DNA of 61,128 bases, filler included. It is 3 parts of 3 records of this genome, joined end to end, with 100 filler letters (N's around TTAATTAATTAA, not from the genome) between each part and the next. Parts side by side here need not be neighbours in the genome. Positions count along the whole stretch, not along the records: positions 32,027 to 41,546 come from SRR20825019_1118; positions 41,647 to 61,128 come from SRR20825019_1120; 1 more part is not named here. One strand, written 5' to 3'. Position 1 is the first letter of the stretch. Every line of letters starts with the position of its first letter. Shown here piece by piece: positions 38,960-49,000 of this stretch. The position numbers were made by a program, and so were the translations under genes. The notes under the pieces are model-generated. The model made no database searches. It was not told where the DNA came from and saw only the letters and a list, made by a program, of their open reading frames with translations.

Positions 38960-39736
38960 TCAGAGCGGCGTGAGCTGGGGGCGTTTGCAGGTGCGGCCGT
39001 CGCCGGCGGATTTTCCCCTGAGGCTCTGCCAAAGCCAGGGGATGCAATGGCGTGCCCACCAGCGTGCTTCGATGGCGCCTTTTTGGACGAGGGTGGGACG
39101 AAGGTCGGTGGGGAAGGGTTGATGCCAGGCATCGTTGGAGTTGGGGAGATCCAGCGCTTGGGCGAGGGCTTCGGCGATGCGGGTGTGACCGGCGGAATTG
39201 GCGTGGATGCGATCTTCGCTCCAAAGGCGCGGGTCCGTTGCGACGGGATACTTCGCAAAATCGACGAGGATTGTTCCGCTCTCGCGGGAGGCGTCGGCGA
39301 GGGCTTGATTCATCGCGGCGATGCGTGGTGCGATCAAACGGGCGAGAGGCATCAACGACGTGAGGTCGGGGAGAGTGAAGGTGAGCACCGTCGCGCCCTG
39401 GTCGACCAAGGCGCGTTGCATCTGCGCGATGTCGGCCGCGACCGATGAGGCATCGAATCGCAGAGCGGTCACATCGTTGGTGCCGCAAAAAAGGGTCGCG
39501 AGATCCGGCTTCATCGCGAGGGCGGCATCAAGTTGCTGGTCGCGCACCTGTCGCGTGGTCAGACCGCGGATCGCGAGATTCGCGTAAAGCAGCGGGGTGT
39601 TCTGCTGAGCGTCGATCCGCTCGGCGAGCCGCTGAGACCAACCGCGATAACCGCCCGCCCCGTCGGGATCGTCGATGCCTTCGGTCGAGCTGTCGCCCAT
39701 CGCGACATAGCGGGCAAAGGTTCGTGAAAGGGGCAT
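38960..39736 (-). CDS. SGNH/GDSL hydrolase
   Basis: YVAMGDSSTEG, NLAIRG, GTND, DRIHANSAGH. Confidence 0.92.
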   Translation of the reverse strand: MPLSRTFARYVAMGDSSTEGIDDPDGAGGYRGWSQRLAERIDAQQNTPLLYANLAIRGLTTRQVRDQQLDAALAMKPDLATLFCGTNDVTALRFDASSVAADIAQMQRALVDQGATVLTFTLPDLTSLMPLARLIAPRIAAMNQALADASRESGTILVDFAKYPVATDPRLWSEDRIHANSAGHTRIAEALAQALDLPNSNDAWHQPFPTDLRPTLVQKGAIEARWWARHCIPWLWQSLRGKSAGDGRTCKRPQLTPL

Positions 39737-39852
39737 CGCGCAAAATGTAGAACGCAAAATCGAGTCTTTGCGATCTCCGCGTGGGATCCGATTTTATCGG
39801 GGTCTCCCAATTGATTGGGATGCTTGGGAGGTCACTTGACTTGAATCATAAA

Positions 39853-39870
39853 ACTAGTCTATAGACTGGT
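39853..39870 (+). promoter_or_regulatory. Palindromic TA autoregulation operator
   Basis: ACTAGTCTATAGACTGGT near-perfect palindrome downstream of TTGACT (39836), just before the antitoxin ATG. Confidence 0.6.
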
Positions 39871-39880
39871 CTAAATAAGT

Positions 39881-40132
39881 ATGAAAACGACTCAAACAGT
39901 AGGTGCTTATCAGGCTAAGACTCATTTGCCCTCTTTGTTGGGACGAGTGTCGCGTGGTCGAGAGGTGCTGATTACTAAAAATGGCAAGCCCGTCGCGCGG
40001 CTGATCCCGGCCGATAAACCCACGGCACCCGATCGCACGGTGTTTGCGCGAATCCGGGCGATGCACGATCGTCTCTCTTTGGGGGAGGGCGTGACGGCCA
40101 AAGATCTTATCAATGAGGGACGTCGCATTTGA
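39881..40132 (+). CDS. Phd/YefM-family antitoxin
   Basis: VGAYQAKTHLPSLLGRV..GREVLITKNGKPVARLIP. Confidence 0.92.
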   Translation: MKTTQTVGAYQAKTHLPSLLGRVSRGREVLITKNGKPVARLIPADKPTAPDRTVFARIRAMHDRLSLGEGVTAKDLINEGRRI

Positions 40133-40548
40133 TGAACCCATTGGTTATCGACGCTTCGACGACGATGGGATTTCTGCTGCGTGATGAGCAGCCGGAATTG
40201 GCGATGAAGGTATTGGCGGCGATTGAACGGGGCAGTCCGGTGCATGTGCCCGCGCACTGGTCAGTCGAGGTGGCAAACGGGTTGCTTATGGCCGAGCGTC
40301 GGCAACGGACTTCACAGGCCGATGCAATGGAGGCGCACGAACTTATTTCGCAGCTGGGCGTCATCATTGATGATCAAACTTCGGAGCGCGCGGGTCGCGA
40401 TTCACTCGCACTGGCCCGACAATATGGACTCACGATTTACGATGCGGCTTATTTGGAGCTGGCGATCAGGATCAAAGCCGAACTGGCGACCAACGACAAA
40501 GCGTTGGCTAAAGCGGCTGCGACTGCGGGCGTGACGGTGTTCGCTTAG
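40132..40548 (+). CDS. vapC: VapC/PIN-domain toxin
   Basis: [36 protein letters not shown] overlap with antitoxin stop. Confidence 0.9.
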   Translation: MNPLVIDASTTMGFLLRDEQPELAMKVLAAIERGSPVHVPAHWSVEVANGLLMAERRQRTSQADAMEAHELISQLGVIIDDQTSERAGRDSLALARQYGLTIYDAAYLELAIRIKAELATNDKALAKAAATAGVTVFA

Positions 40549-41546
40549 CCGACCCACTCGCGGGCGTTGCGGAAGAGTTTCATCCACGGGGAATCTTCCC
40601 CCCATTCCGATGGCGCCCAACTCATGCTGGTGGTGCGGAAGACGCGCTCGGGATGCGGCATCATAATCGTCACGCGACCGTCCGTCGTGGTGAGGGCGGT
40701 GATGCCGTGCGGCGAACCGTTCGGGTTGAGTGGGTAGAGCGATGTTCCCTGTTTTGAATCGTTGTCCGCCTTCGCCAAGGCTTCGGCGGACTGCGCAAGC
40801 GCGAGATCTCGCGCTTGCTTGTTGTCCACGTAACGCGCGCTGACGAAGCCGGAGTCGCTGCAGGCTTGCGCGATGGTGGCATCGGCAAACTCGGCGCGAC
40901 CTTCGCCGTGGGCGACGGCGACGGGGATGACGGAACCGGCCATGTCCTTGAAAAGGATACTCGGGCTGGCTTCGATTTTCAGCGAAACGAAACGGGCTTC
41001 GTAGCGGTCGGAATGGTTCTGCACGAAACGCGGCCAGTGATCGGAACCGGGGATGATTTCGTGGAGGTTGCTCAACATTTGACAACCGTTGCAGACGCCA
41101 AAGGCGAAGGTGTCTTCACGGGCAAAGAAGTCGGCGAATTCGGCGCGGGCCTTGGCGTGGAAGAGAATGCTCTTGGCCCAGCCTTCACCAGCTCCGAGCA
41201 CGTCGCCGTAGCTGAAGCCACCGCAGGCCGCGAGGCCACGGAAGTCTTTCAGGGAGACGCGACCCTCGAGGATGTCGGACATGTGCACGTCGATCGCTTC
41301 GAAACCGGCGCGGTCGAACGCGGCGGCCATTTCGACCTGACCGTTGACGCCCTGTTCGCGGAGGATGGCGATTCTCGGAGATGGGAGATCCTCCTTCGCC
41401 GAGGCTTCGGCGGACAAGTCGGAGATGGGCGTTGGGGTATTCTCAGGGTAGGGCGAACCCTCCGGGTGAGCCGTGGCGGTCGGACCGGGGGCAGCGACCC
41501 CGGCTACCGGGGCTGACGGCTCGGCGGGGACGCCTCGCCCTACCTC
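40545..41546 (-). CDS. purL: Phosphoribosylformylglycinamidine synthase (large PurL), C-terminal glutaminase domain; frame open to contig edge
   Basis: [56 protein letters not shown]; no stop codon in frame from 41546. Confidence 0.93.
   Translation of the reverse strand, partial: EVGRGVPAEPSAPVAGVAAPGPTATAHPEGSPYPENTPTPISDLSAEASAKEDLPSPRIAILREQGVNGQVEMAAAFDRAGFEAIDVHMSDILEGRVSLKDFRGLAACGGFSYGDVLGAGEGWAKSILFHAKARAEFADFFAREDTFAFGVCNGCQMLSNLHEIIPGSDHWPRFVQNHSDRYEARFVSLKIEASPSILFKDMAGSVIPVAVAHGEGRAEFADATIAQACSDSGFVSARYVDNKQARDLALAQSAEALAKADNDSKQGTSLYPLNPNGSPHGITALTTTDGRVTIMMPHPERVFRTTSMSWAPSEWGEDSPWMKLFRNAREWVG
40761..40827. repeat. In-frame double-palindrome insertion in purL
   Basis: GTCCGCCTTCGCCAAGGCTTCGGCGGAC (40764-40791) plus perfect 24-bp palindrome GCAAGCGCGAGATCTCGCGCTTGC (40795-40818); GTTGTCC direct repeats at 40761 and 40821. 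Confidence 0.8.
41375..41544. repeat. Composite REP-like elements within purL reading frame
   Basis: TCCTCCTTCGCCGAGGCTTCGGCGGACAAG between 11-bp direct repeats TCGGAGATGGG (41375, 41419); GGTAGGGCGA...TCGCCCTACC inverted pair (41447-41544) with a nested GTAG unit. Confidence 0.8.
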
Positions 41547-41646
41547 NNNNNNNNNNNNNNNNNNNNNNNNNNNNNNNNNNNNNNNNNNNNTTAATTAATT
41601 AANNNNNNNNNNNNNNNNNNNNNNNNNNNNNNNNNNNNNNNNNNNN
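41547..41646. other. Artificial contig spacer
   Basis: N-run, TTAATTAATTAA, N-run. Confidence 0.99.
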
Positions 41647-41755
41647 GGGGGGGGGGGGGGGGGGGGGGGGTCCGACTGCTTGTGCGGTGGCGGCAACCAG
41701 ACGCCGTATGGAAGGGCACTGTTGATGGTGAGCGCGGGGCTGACCTTCCATGCAG

Positions 41756-43371
41756 GCATATTGGTTCTTCAGCTCCTTGGCCAACCACGGCGCGTCGGCC
41801 GGGCAGATGATGAAGAAACGCAAACAAATCACGAACAGCGCGGGGATCTTTGAGGGGTTTCGGGCCAAGACGAGCCAGAAGGTCTTCCACTTCAACAAGA
41901 CCGGCATCAACTCATACTACATCTGCAACATGGAGCCCCGGGCAAAACACTTCGACAAAGTGACGTGCGTGGAGTACCTGGCCCCGGGGGATCTGGAGGA
42001 GTTTGCCATGTCGAGGATCAAGACGAACGACGGGATGCTGCAGCGGTTTGTGCTGCCCAAGGGTGGCAAGAACACGCTGATCCGCGTCACTTGGTCGCCG
42101 CGTTTCTTCTATGTGGAGCGGAGGCAGAATAAGCACAGCATATATGAGCAGAGACTGGACATGTACGAGCGGGCAGTGACTTATGAAGGGCGGGAATTCA
42201 ACGCCACCAGTGTCCCGATGAAGGGGTTCGCGCTGAACATGCGATTCCGGACGATATGCGAAAAGATCGCAAAGCACGTGTACCAGACATCGCCGGCACA
42301 CCACAAGATCAAGAGGATGGTGTTGTACTTCAAGATTGACTTTGAGGACAGGATCTGGCTATTGTGGTGCGGGCACCTCAGGGTCTTTGACGAGTTTGTG
42401 GACAAGCTCATGACGGAGGCCCCCATCCCCGAGATCCCTATGACCGTGCCGGAACACATCAACCTGCAGATGAGTGCCAGCGTGAACCACCCGCTGATGC
42501 TCCAGAGGACGTACCAGTGCCCGTCGTGCGAAGACTTTGTGGAGAGTGACCAGATCACGGACATTGCCTACGGAAATATCATCGATTTTTATGCGGCACT
42601 CCGCGGGGTCGACCCCGAGGCGTTCCTCAAGAACACTCGCAACAACAAAGTGCGGCAGCAGGCCGCGGCTGTGATCCAGCGCGCATTCAGAAACTGGCAC
42701 GCCCGCCTGGTGAAGGAGGGCGAGCGGAAGCCGCTGGGCGGGCGGAGGAAGCGGCAGGGGGCGAAGGAGAAGGTCCCTGCAATCATCCAGAACATCCACC
42801 CGCACCTCAACTTTGAGCGCTACGCGTTCCTCAGCAAGAAGCCGGTGTTTAGATACAAGACCATAGGCGTGTGCCCGCGGTGTGCAACCAAGTTCACGGA
42901 CAAGCTGTCGCAGAAGGAGCTGTCGGAAATGATCAACTCGGCCACGGCGCGCCGGGATTCCCAGGTCAAGGTTTCGACGTGAGTGGTGTGGCCCGTGCCC
43001 TGTACGCCATGTGTGTCTGACCGGAGGGTTCGCAGGATGAGTCTGTCTCAGAAAATCATGATGGAGACCACTAGGAAGGGGAGCATGACCGCACTACGCC
43101 AGCTGTACCCGTCGGAGACGGACATTGAAGGTAGCTAACTAGCCGTCCTCGCGGCGCGGTCTGAACTTGGTGTGACTGAAATCTTTTGACAGCGCCTATG
43201 ATCGATTTCTCGAAAACGATGAAGACCCTGGCCGGGATCATGCGGAAAGCGTCGCTGCCTCCCATTAAGCGGCCGGAGAGCGAGACGGCGGACGTGCTCA
43301 ACCGCACCAACTCGTTCCTCGGCGACAGCAGGGCCAACGCCTCGACATTATCACTGCCGGAGATCAAGTGA
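41756..43371 (+). CDS. Eukaryotic uncharacterised protein (5' partial; introns 42979-43035, 43131-43192) with IQ motif and two CxxC pairs
   Basis: Long ORF; splicing the GT-AG introns keeps frame to TGA 43371; AAAVIQRAFRNW IQ motif; CPSC and CPRC. Confidence 0.7.
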
Positions 43372-43519
43372 GGGCCTGGTGTGACGCGGACTGCACAGGA
43401 ACAGCCAGAGCGAGCCACGGAGTGATTGGGCTGGGCGGCGGGCGGACACGAGCGAGGCGATGCGCCCCGCACTGGCGCACACATACCACGGCCTGCACAT
43501 AATATCCTTTAAATACCTG

Positions 43520-45111
43520 TTAACATCCATCGGGCCTCGCGTAGCCGTCGCGGTTCCACGAAGGGCAACGCTCGTTCATCCCGGCGTAGGGCTCGATGGT
43601 GTTGTAGCCCGGCAGCTCAAGGTCGTACTTTCCCATGATCTGGCACACAGTACCCGTCCCCGCCACCACACGCCTGGTTTCGCACTGGGGATCGTCCTGG
43701 CCCGCGGAATACTCTTGCCGGTACAGCCTCAACATGTAGGTGTCCTTCGGCGTATGCTCCGTCGCCTCGATGTGCTCGGCGAGGTCACCGAACACACCCG
43801 CCTCCTCGTACACCCGCTGCACGTATACGTTGCACACCATCGACAGGCCCTGCTTGTACACCCACGCGTCCCTCTCCGGCTGGCTCACCACGTCCCAGAA
43901 TGACTCGTTCCGCCGCGCAATCTCCTCGAGCACGCCCGCGAAGTCCAGCCCCGCGGTGCCCAACCGGTGATTCATCGTCTCTGCAAACATTGCGTCGAGT
44001 TTCTTGTGAACAAAGCGCTCGCCAACCACCATGGCTGAGAGTGCGATCTGGGGGGTGGCGGGATAGGGGATGTTCTTGTCGGGGACGTCGAGGAATCCCA
44101 TGAGGTAGTTGGGGTGGCCGTACGGCGTGCCCTCGTGCTTGCGGAAGAACGCGACCGCGGCGTCCTCGTTGAACTTCGCGCGGGCCTCGTTCGAGAGGGG
44201 AAGGTAGTCCACCATGTAATTGGCCGCCCTGGCCTGAGTCAGCCATTGCCGATAGGGGGTTCGGATCACACCTGCGTGCGTTGTGGCGTTAGTGCTCACG
44301 TGTACAAACTTGGGGTTAGGGGGCGGGACCGGGGGGGGAGGGCTTACCGTGTGGTGCGGGCCAGAACTTGGTCTCGGACTTGCTCTCCGTGACGAACAGC
44401 TCGCCATCCATCCAGAGGAACACCGCGGTGTGCCCCGTGCGCCCGCCCGTGCCCCACAATATGAGCGAATGCGAGCCGTCCAGGCGGTTGATGGCCAGCT
44501 GGTCCCCAGACTGAATGAACTTCTCATCCAAAGCAAAGTCCGCGGTGGCGCGTGGCTCCAGGGTGTACCCGACACGGTTATGAAGGAATTCGACGATCTG
44601 CTCCTCGGAAGGGCTGCCCGACAGCATCCGCAGCGTCTGGACGAGAGACGATGCCACCTCGACGTCGCTGTGTGTCCACTCGTAGAACTGGATACCGTTC
44701 ACGGCGATATCCTGCATGCACACACCCGTGAGCAGATCCGCCCTCCTAGCCCGACCCGGGAGACCTCCGACTCACCTGGTCCTCATGCTCCTTCAGCTTG
44801 AGGGTCACAGTGTGGCGGCCTCTGGTGACTAACACGGCGGGCTGGAAGCGATACTCGGTCACCACTACATAGCGGTCGGCACAGAGGAGCGAGCGCGGCT
44901 TCGACACCTCCACGGTCACGCGGCACGTGCCCTCGTCGGAACAGCCCTCAAGGGACGCCGTGGTCTTGCCAAAGCATGATCCCTTCCACGAGACGGCACC
45001 TCCGCCCCGTGTGATGGAACCCTTATGCAGCGGGAGGAAATCAAACGGTGCGGAGGCGGCTGCTGCGACTGCTGCGACGAAGGCCACTAGCACGAGTCCG
45101 GTGATCTTCAT
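43520..45111 (-). CDS. Secreted protein of a conserved plant/protist uncharacterised family, probable permuted papain-like (NlpC/P60) fold; introns 44712-44775, 44272-44347
   Basis: Signal peptide MKITGLVLVAFVAAVAAA; GHTAVFL...LFVTES; PYGHPNY; SMVCNVYV; C-terminus CQIMGKYDLELPGYNTIEPYAGMNERCPS. Confidence 0.72.
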
Positions 45112-46044
45112 GGGTACTTTGCAGCTTTAGTGTTCAGGACCGACCAATATGATGATATGTCTACTCGAAAGCGGTGGGAAGCGTGCCGGGGGGGGGGTCG
45201 ATACGCGCGAGGCCGTGGCCTGATGAGTGCCGGGATCCCTGATGAGCGACGGTGCGCAGGGCCGCACCCAGACCGCGCCTCAAAAGCCAGCATGAGGACG
45301 CCATTCGTGGCCCGGTGCCGAGTGAGCTGAGGGCGAGGGCGGCGCGGCCGGGCCCCGGCCCGGCGCGGTGGGGCCACCGTCTTGGCGGCGCGCGTTCGGT
45401 GCAAGCGTCCGGGCACCCGGCCACCGGCCCCGAGGCGGGACGGCGGCCACGCTCATCAATGACGGTACCCTTTCAACGTCACGATTCTGCAACTCAAATC
45501 TCTTAATCTACACGTGTATAATATAACTTTATTTGATCCTGAATGTTGCGGTTATCATTTCCTCGATAACGACTTCGCACGATTTGGTTTTTGAACTGAA
45601 ACCGCCAGGGCAGGCACGCTTTGACTGACCTGGGTTGTGACCAGAGCGGACCTCCTCCTCGCCAAGGCGGTCCGAGTAACGACCCGCCGGCGCGTCCGGC
45701 CACTCCCCCCTGCAGCGGCGGCCGCCCCCCCGCCCGTCCGGCGCCGGCGCTGGGGCTGGCCGGACGACTGGGAAAGCCGAGGCCGGCCCGCGGGGCCCGC
45801 CCGGCTCGCCCCCCTCCCGGGCCCGGCCCCGGGCGCGCGGCCTTCTGACCATGCGGGCTTCGTTCCGGCCGGGCGTTGTTGCACCGACGGCTCCCCCTCA
45901 ACGCAGCACCGGGCCACGGCTTGAGGACTCTATCCCCAGCGCACGGCCGGGCACTCATGACTCGTGTGCTGCCTCCGCCCTGAACAGAACATATATACGG
46001 GTCACCTCTCATCCCAGGTGTCCCCGAGGGCGAACGGAGGCGCA

Positions 46045-49000
46045 ATGGCTTTGGACTTGCAGCTGCGAAGGCAGTTGAACCTTGCCCTCCAGGAGAAAGA
46101 CGTCAAGACAGTGACGACCATCCATGAAACCATCGCAAAACTGCTGGACAAGACCCCGGCCGGGCTGGAGGTGCCCGTGTCGGAGTCCAAACTAACACCT
46201 GAGATCGTGGTGCTGTGCGCGGAGGTCGCGCTGGAGCTGGGGGTATTTGACATCACAGACGACTGCCTCAACAGATACTTTGTCACTCTGCCGCCGCCGA
46301 GCCAGTTCTACTGCCGGGCGTGCTTCGCTAAGGCGCGCCTGGACAACCGAAACACATACCTGCTGAAGGGGGAGGAAGCTATCAAGGCGACAGAGGAGGC
46401 CCTGAACTGGGTGATCAAGGGACTGGACGTGGCCCTCACGGACGAGCGCTACCAGTTCCTGCAGTACAACGCCAGCGTTGTATACTACAACATCGCGCGG
46501 CAGCTCTTCAGGGATGAGTACAGCCGGCACCTCATCCCGACGATGACCAAGGTCGTGAAGGCGCTGGAGGACATGGACGATACGGACTATGAGTGGCGCA
46601 TCCGCTTCAACACGATGCTGGCGCACTGCCACGACGATAATGGGAAGAGCGACGAGGCTCTCAAGGCGGTGGCCGTTGCCCAAGGTAGGCTGGGTCCCCT
46701 TTTGGGGGGTGTGGCGCCGGTGCTGGCGTTTGTATTGACTCTGGTTGGCAGGGCTGGCGGATAAGTACTGCGAGGCAATGAAGGTGCCGGTGTGGAGGCT
46801 TGCGGTGCACCTCAACCGCAAGAACCCTGGCGCCGTGGGCAAGCTGCTTGGTGATGCCAAGAACAACCCCGACCTCAAGGTCATCGCGCCAATCCAGATG
46901 ACCAAGGTGAGTGGTGGGTGGCGGTGCGGTGTGGGACGGGACTGACGGTGCGGCCGCCCAGTCGGGCATGATCACGGATAAGGCACAGATCGAGAAGGAG
47001 CTGACGGAGGCGCTCAACACGCTGAAGACCAATGGTGGGGCGGATGGTAAGAACATCAATGCCGAGCTGATGGGTGAGCTTGCGCTCGTGGCGGCGGAGT
47101 CTGGGCTGTTGACGATGGCCGATGAGTGCGCGGGGATCGCACGGAAGCTCAAGAACCTCAAGGGCAATGTCCTCGCGGAGTATTCGCAGGCCCTGTCGAT
47201 GGTGGCCGGGCTGGATTGGGAGGCGGATAAATATAGCCGCACGATGGTGGAGACTCGTGTCGGCGCGCTACGAATCGTGGAGAAGGCGCTGACGTCCGCA
47301 ATGCGGCTGGACGACCCGGCGGTCGTTCAGGACGGCTGCGTCATCATCTGGAACATTGCCCTGCCCCTACTCCAGCCGAACCTCCGCGGCCTCGTGCTCA
47401 AGTACTTCCACATGGCTGCGGGTGCCCTGGAGGAGATGGACTCGCTCTTGGCCCACCTGCGGGCCCGGTTCCACCTCGAGCTCACCTTGTGCGAAATGAG
47501 CGCCGACATGCTGTCCAAGGCTGCCAGCCACGCGGAGAAGGCGTTGATTCAGGTGGAGCCGGAGAACGACATCGGTGGCACGGCGCCCAAGGGGCTGCAG
47601 CGATACCTGTACCCGCTCAAGCGCAAACTGACCCTGAAGACCTCTATCTACTCCGAGCCGGACGGCCCGGAGGAGAAGGCGCTGCTGATCGTGGAGCAGG
47701 CGCGCGATGCCAAGGAGGGAAGCCTCCGTGCGACCTTCATCGAGAGGGCCATCAGCACCCTGGAGGGTGCCTCAGAGGGCGGGGAAGACAACACCGCGGA
47801 GACCAACGCCGACCCCGAGAAGAGGACGCCTAAGGAGCGCATGGTGGTGCTGCTGTGGTTCGAGATGGCCAAGCTGTCCTGGCAGAACCAGAACCGCGTC
47901 CTGGCGCGCAAGTGCGCCAAGCAGGTGCTGGAGCAGAAGTGGGACAAGGAGCGAGAACGCGACATAGTGACCGCGCAGGCCCAGGCCCACTTCATCCTGG
48001 CGGAGGTGGCGGTGGTGGAGCTGCTGCGGGAGGACTACGAGCTTTGCCACCCCGAGATCGAGGAGGACGACTGGGCCATCGAGCAGCAGGACCTGGTGCG
48101 CAAGCACTTCATGGAGGGCATGCGCGTGGGCCAGGAGCTTGAGGAGGACTGGATCGTGCAGAACGGCGTGCTGTACATGTGGAACTACCACATCCATGTC
48201 CACAAGCAGCAGCGGCACAGCGAGCTGGTTGAGTACCTCCAGGAGGGCTTTGATGCCATCGTCGACCTTAAAACCGTGGATCCGATCCTCCTCTCCAACG
48301 TGACCTATGCCCTGGCCACCGGCCTGGAGCACCAGTATTACCTCGGCCGCGCGGACAAGGACGGCATCGAGAGAGGGGAGGAGACGACCTACGCTAAACT
48401 CTCGGTTAAGTACGCGGGGCCCGGAGACAAGGCCTCCGCGGAGCTGAACAAGGCCAAGTCGGCCTGCGAGAAGGCGATCGGTGTTATCCCGGACCCGATG
48501 ATGAAGAAGAATGTGCTCAGTACTCTCTCCAAGATCAGTGGGATGCTGGGCGGGGCGACGATAGTGAAGGAGGGCGCCGAGGACATGGTCCTGGGATACA
48601 TCGCGGACATTGAGGGCGCGACGGATAACGACAACCAGAAACGCGACAAGCTCAAGAAGGGAGCGGAGATGCTGACCTCCGGCTCGGTGACGAACCCGGA
48701 GCTGTGGGCCCGCCTGGCAGGGTGCGCGCTCATGATGGAGGAGTATGAGCAGGGAATACAGTTCTGTGAGACCGCCGTCCAGGCCCTCAAGGAGACCAAC
48801 CCCAGCGTGTCCCAGCACAACTGGCGCTGGTTCAGCCTGGCCGAGTGCGTCCACACCCAGATCATCACCAAGTTTATCAAGCCGGGCATGGACAAGCCGG
48901 GCGAGGACCTCGTGCGTCACAAGAGCATCGAGCACGCCGAGCTCGCCGTGATCTACGGCCACCGCGCCCGGTGCGGCACGCTGACTCTGAACGCGGCGCG

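Noticed and set aside
41647-41670. 24-nt poly-G run (poly-Pro ORFs, G-quadruplex)
   Set aside because: It sits at a contig edge and is most likely a sequencing or assembly artefact.
45219-45300. Two CTGATGAG motifs suggesting a hammerhead ribozyme or C/D snoRNA
   Set aside because: No appropriately placed GAAA core or supporting stems were found.
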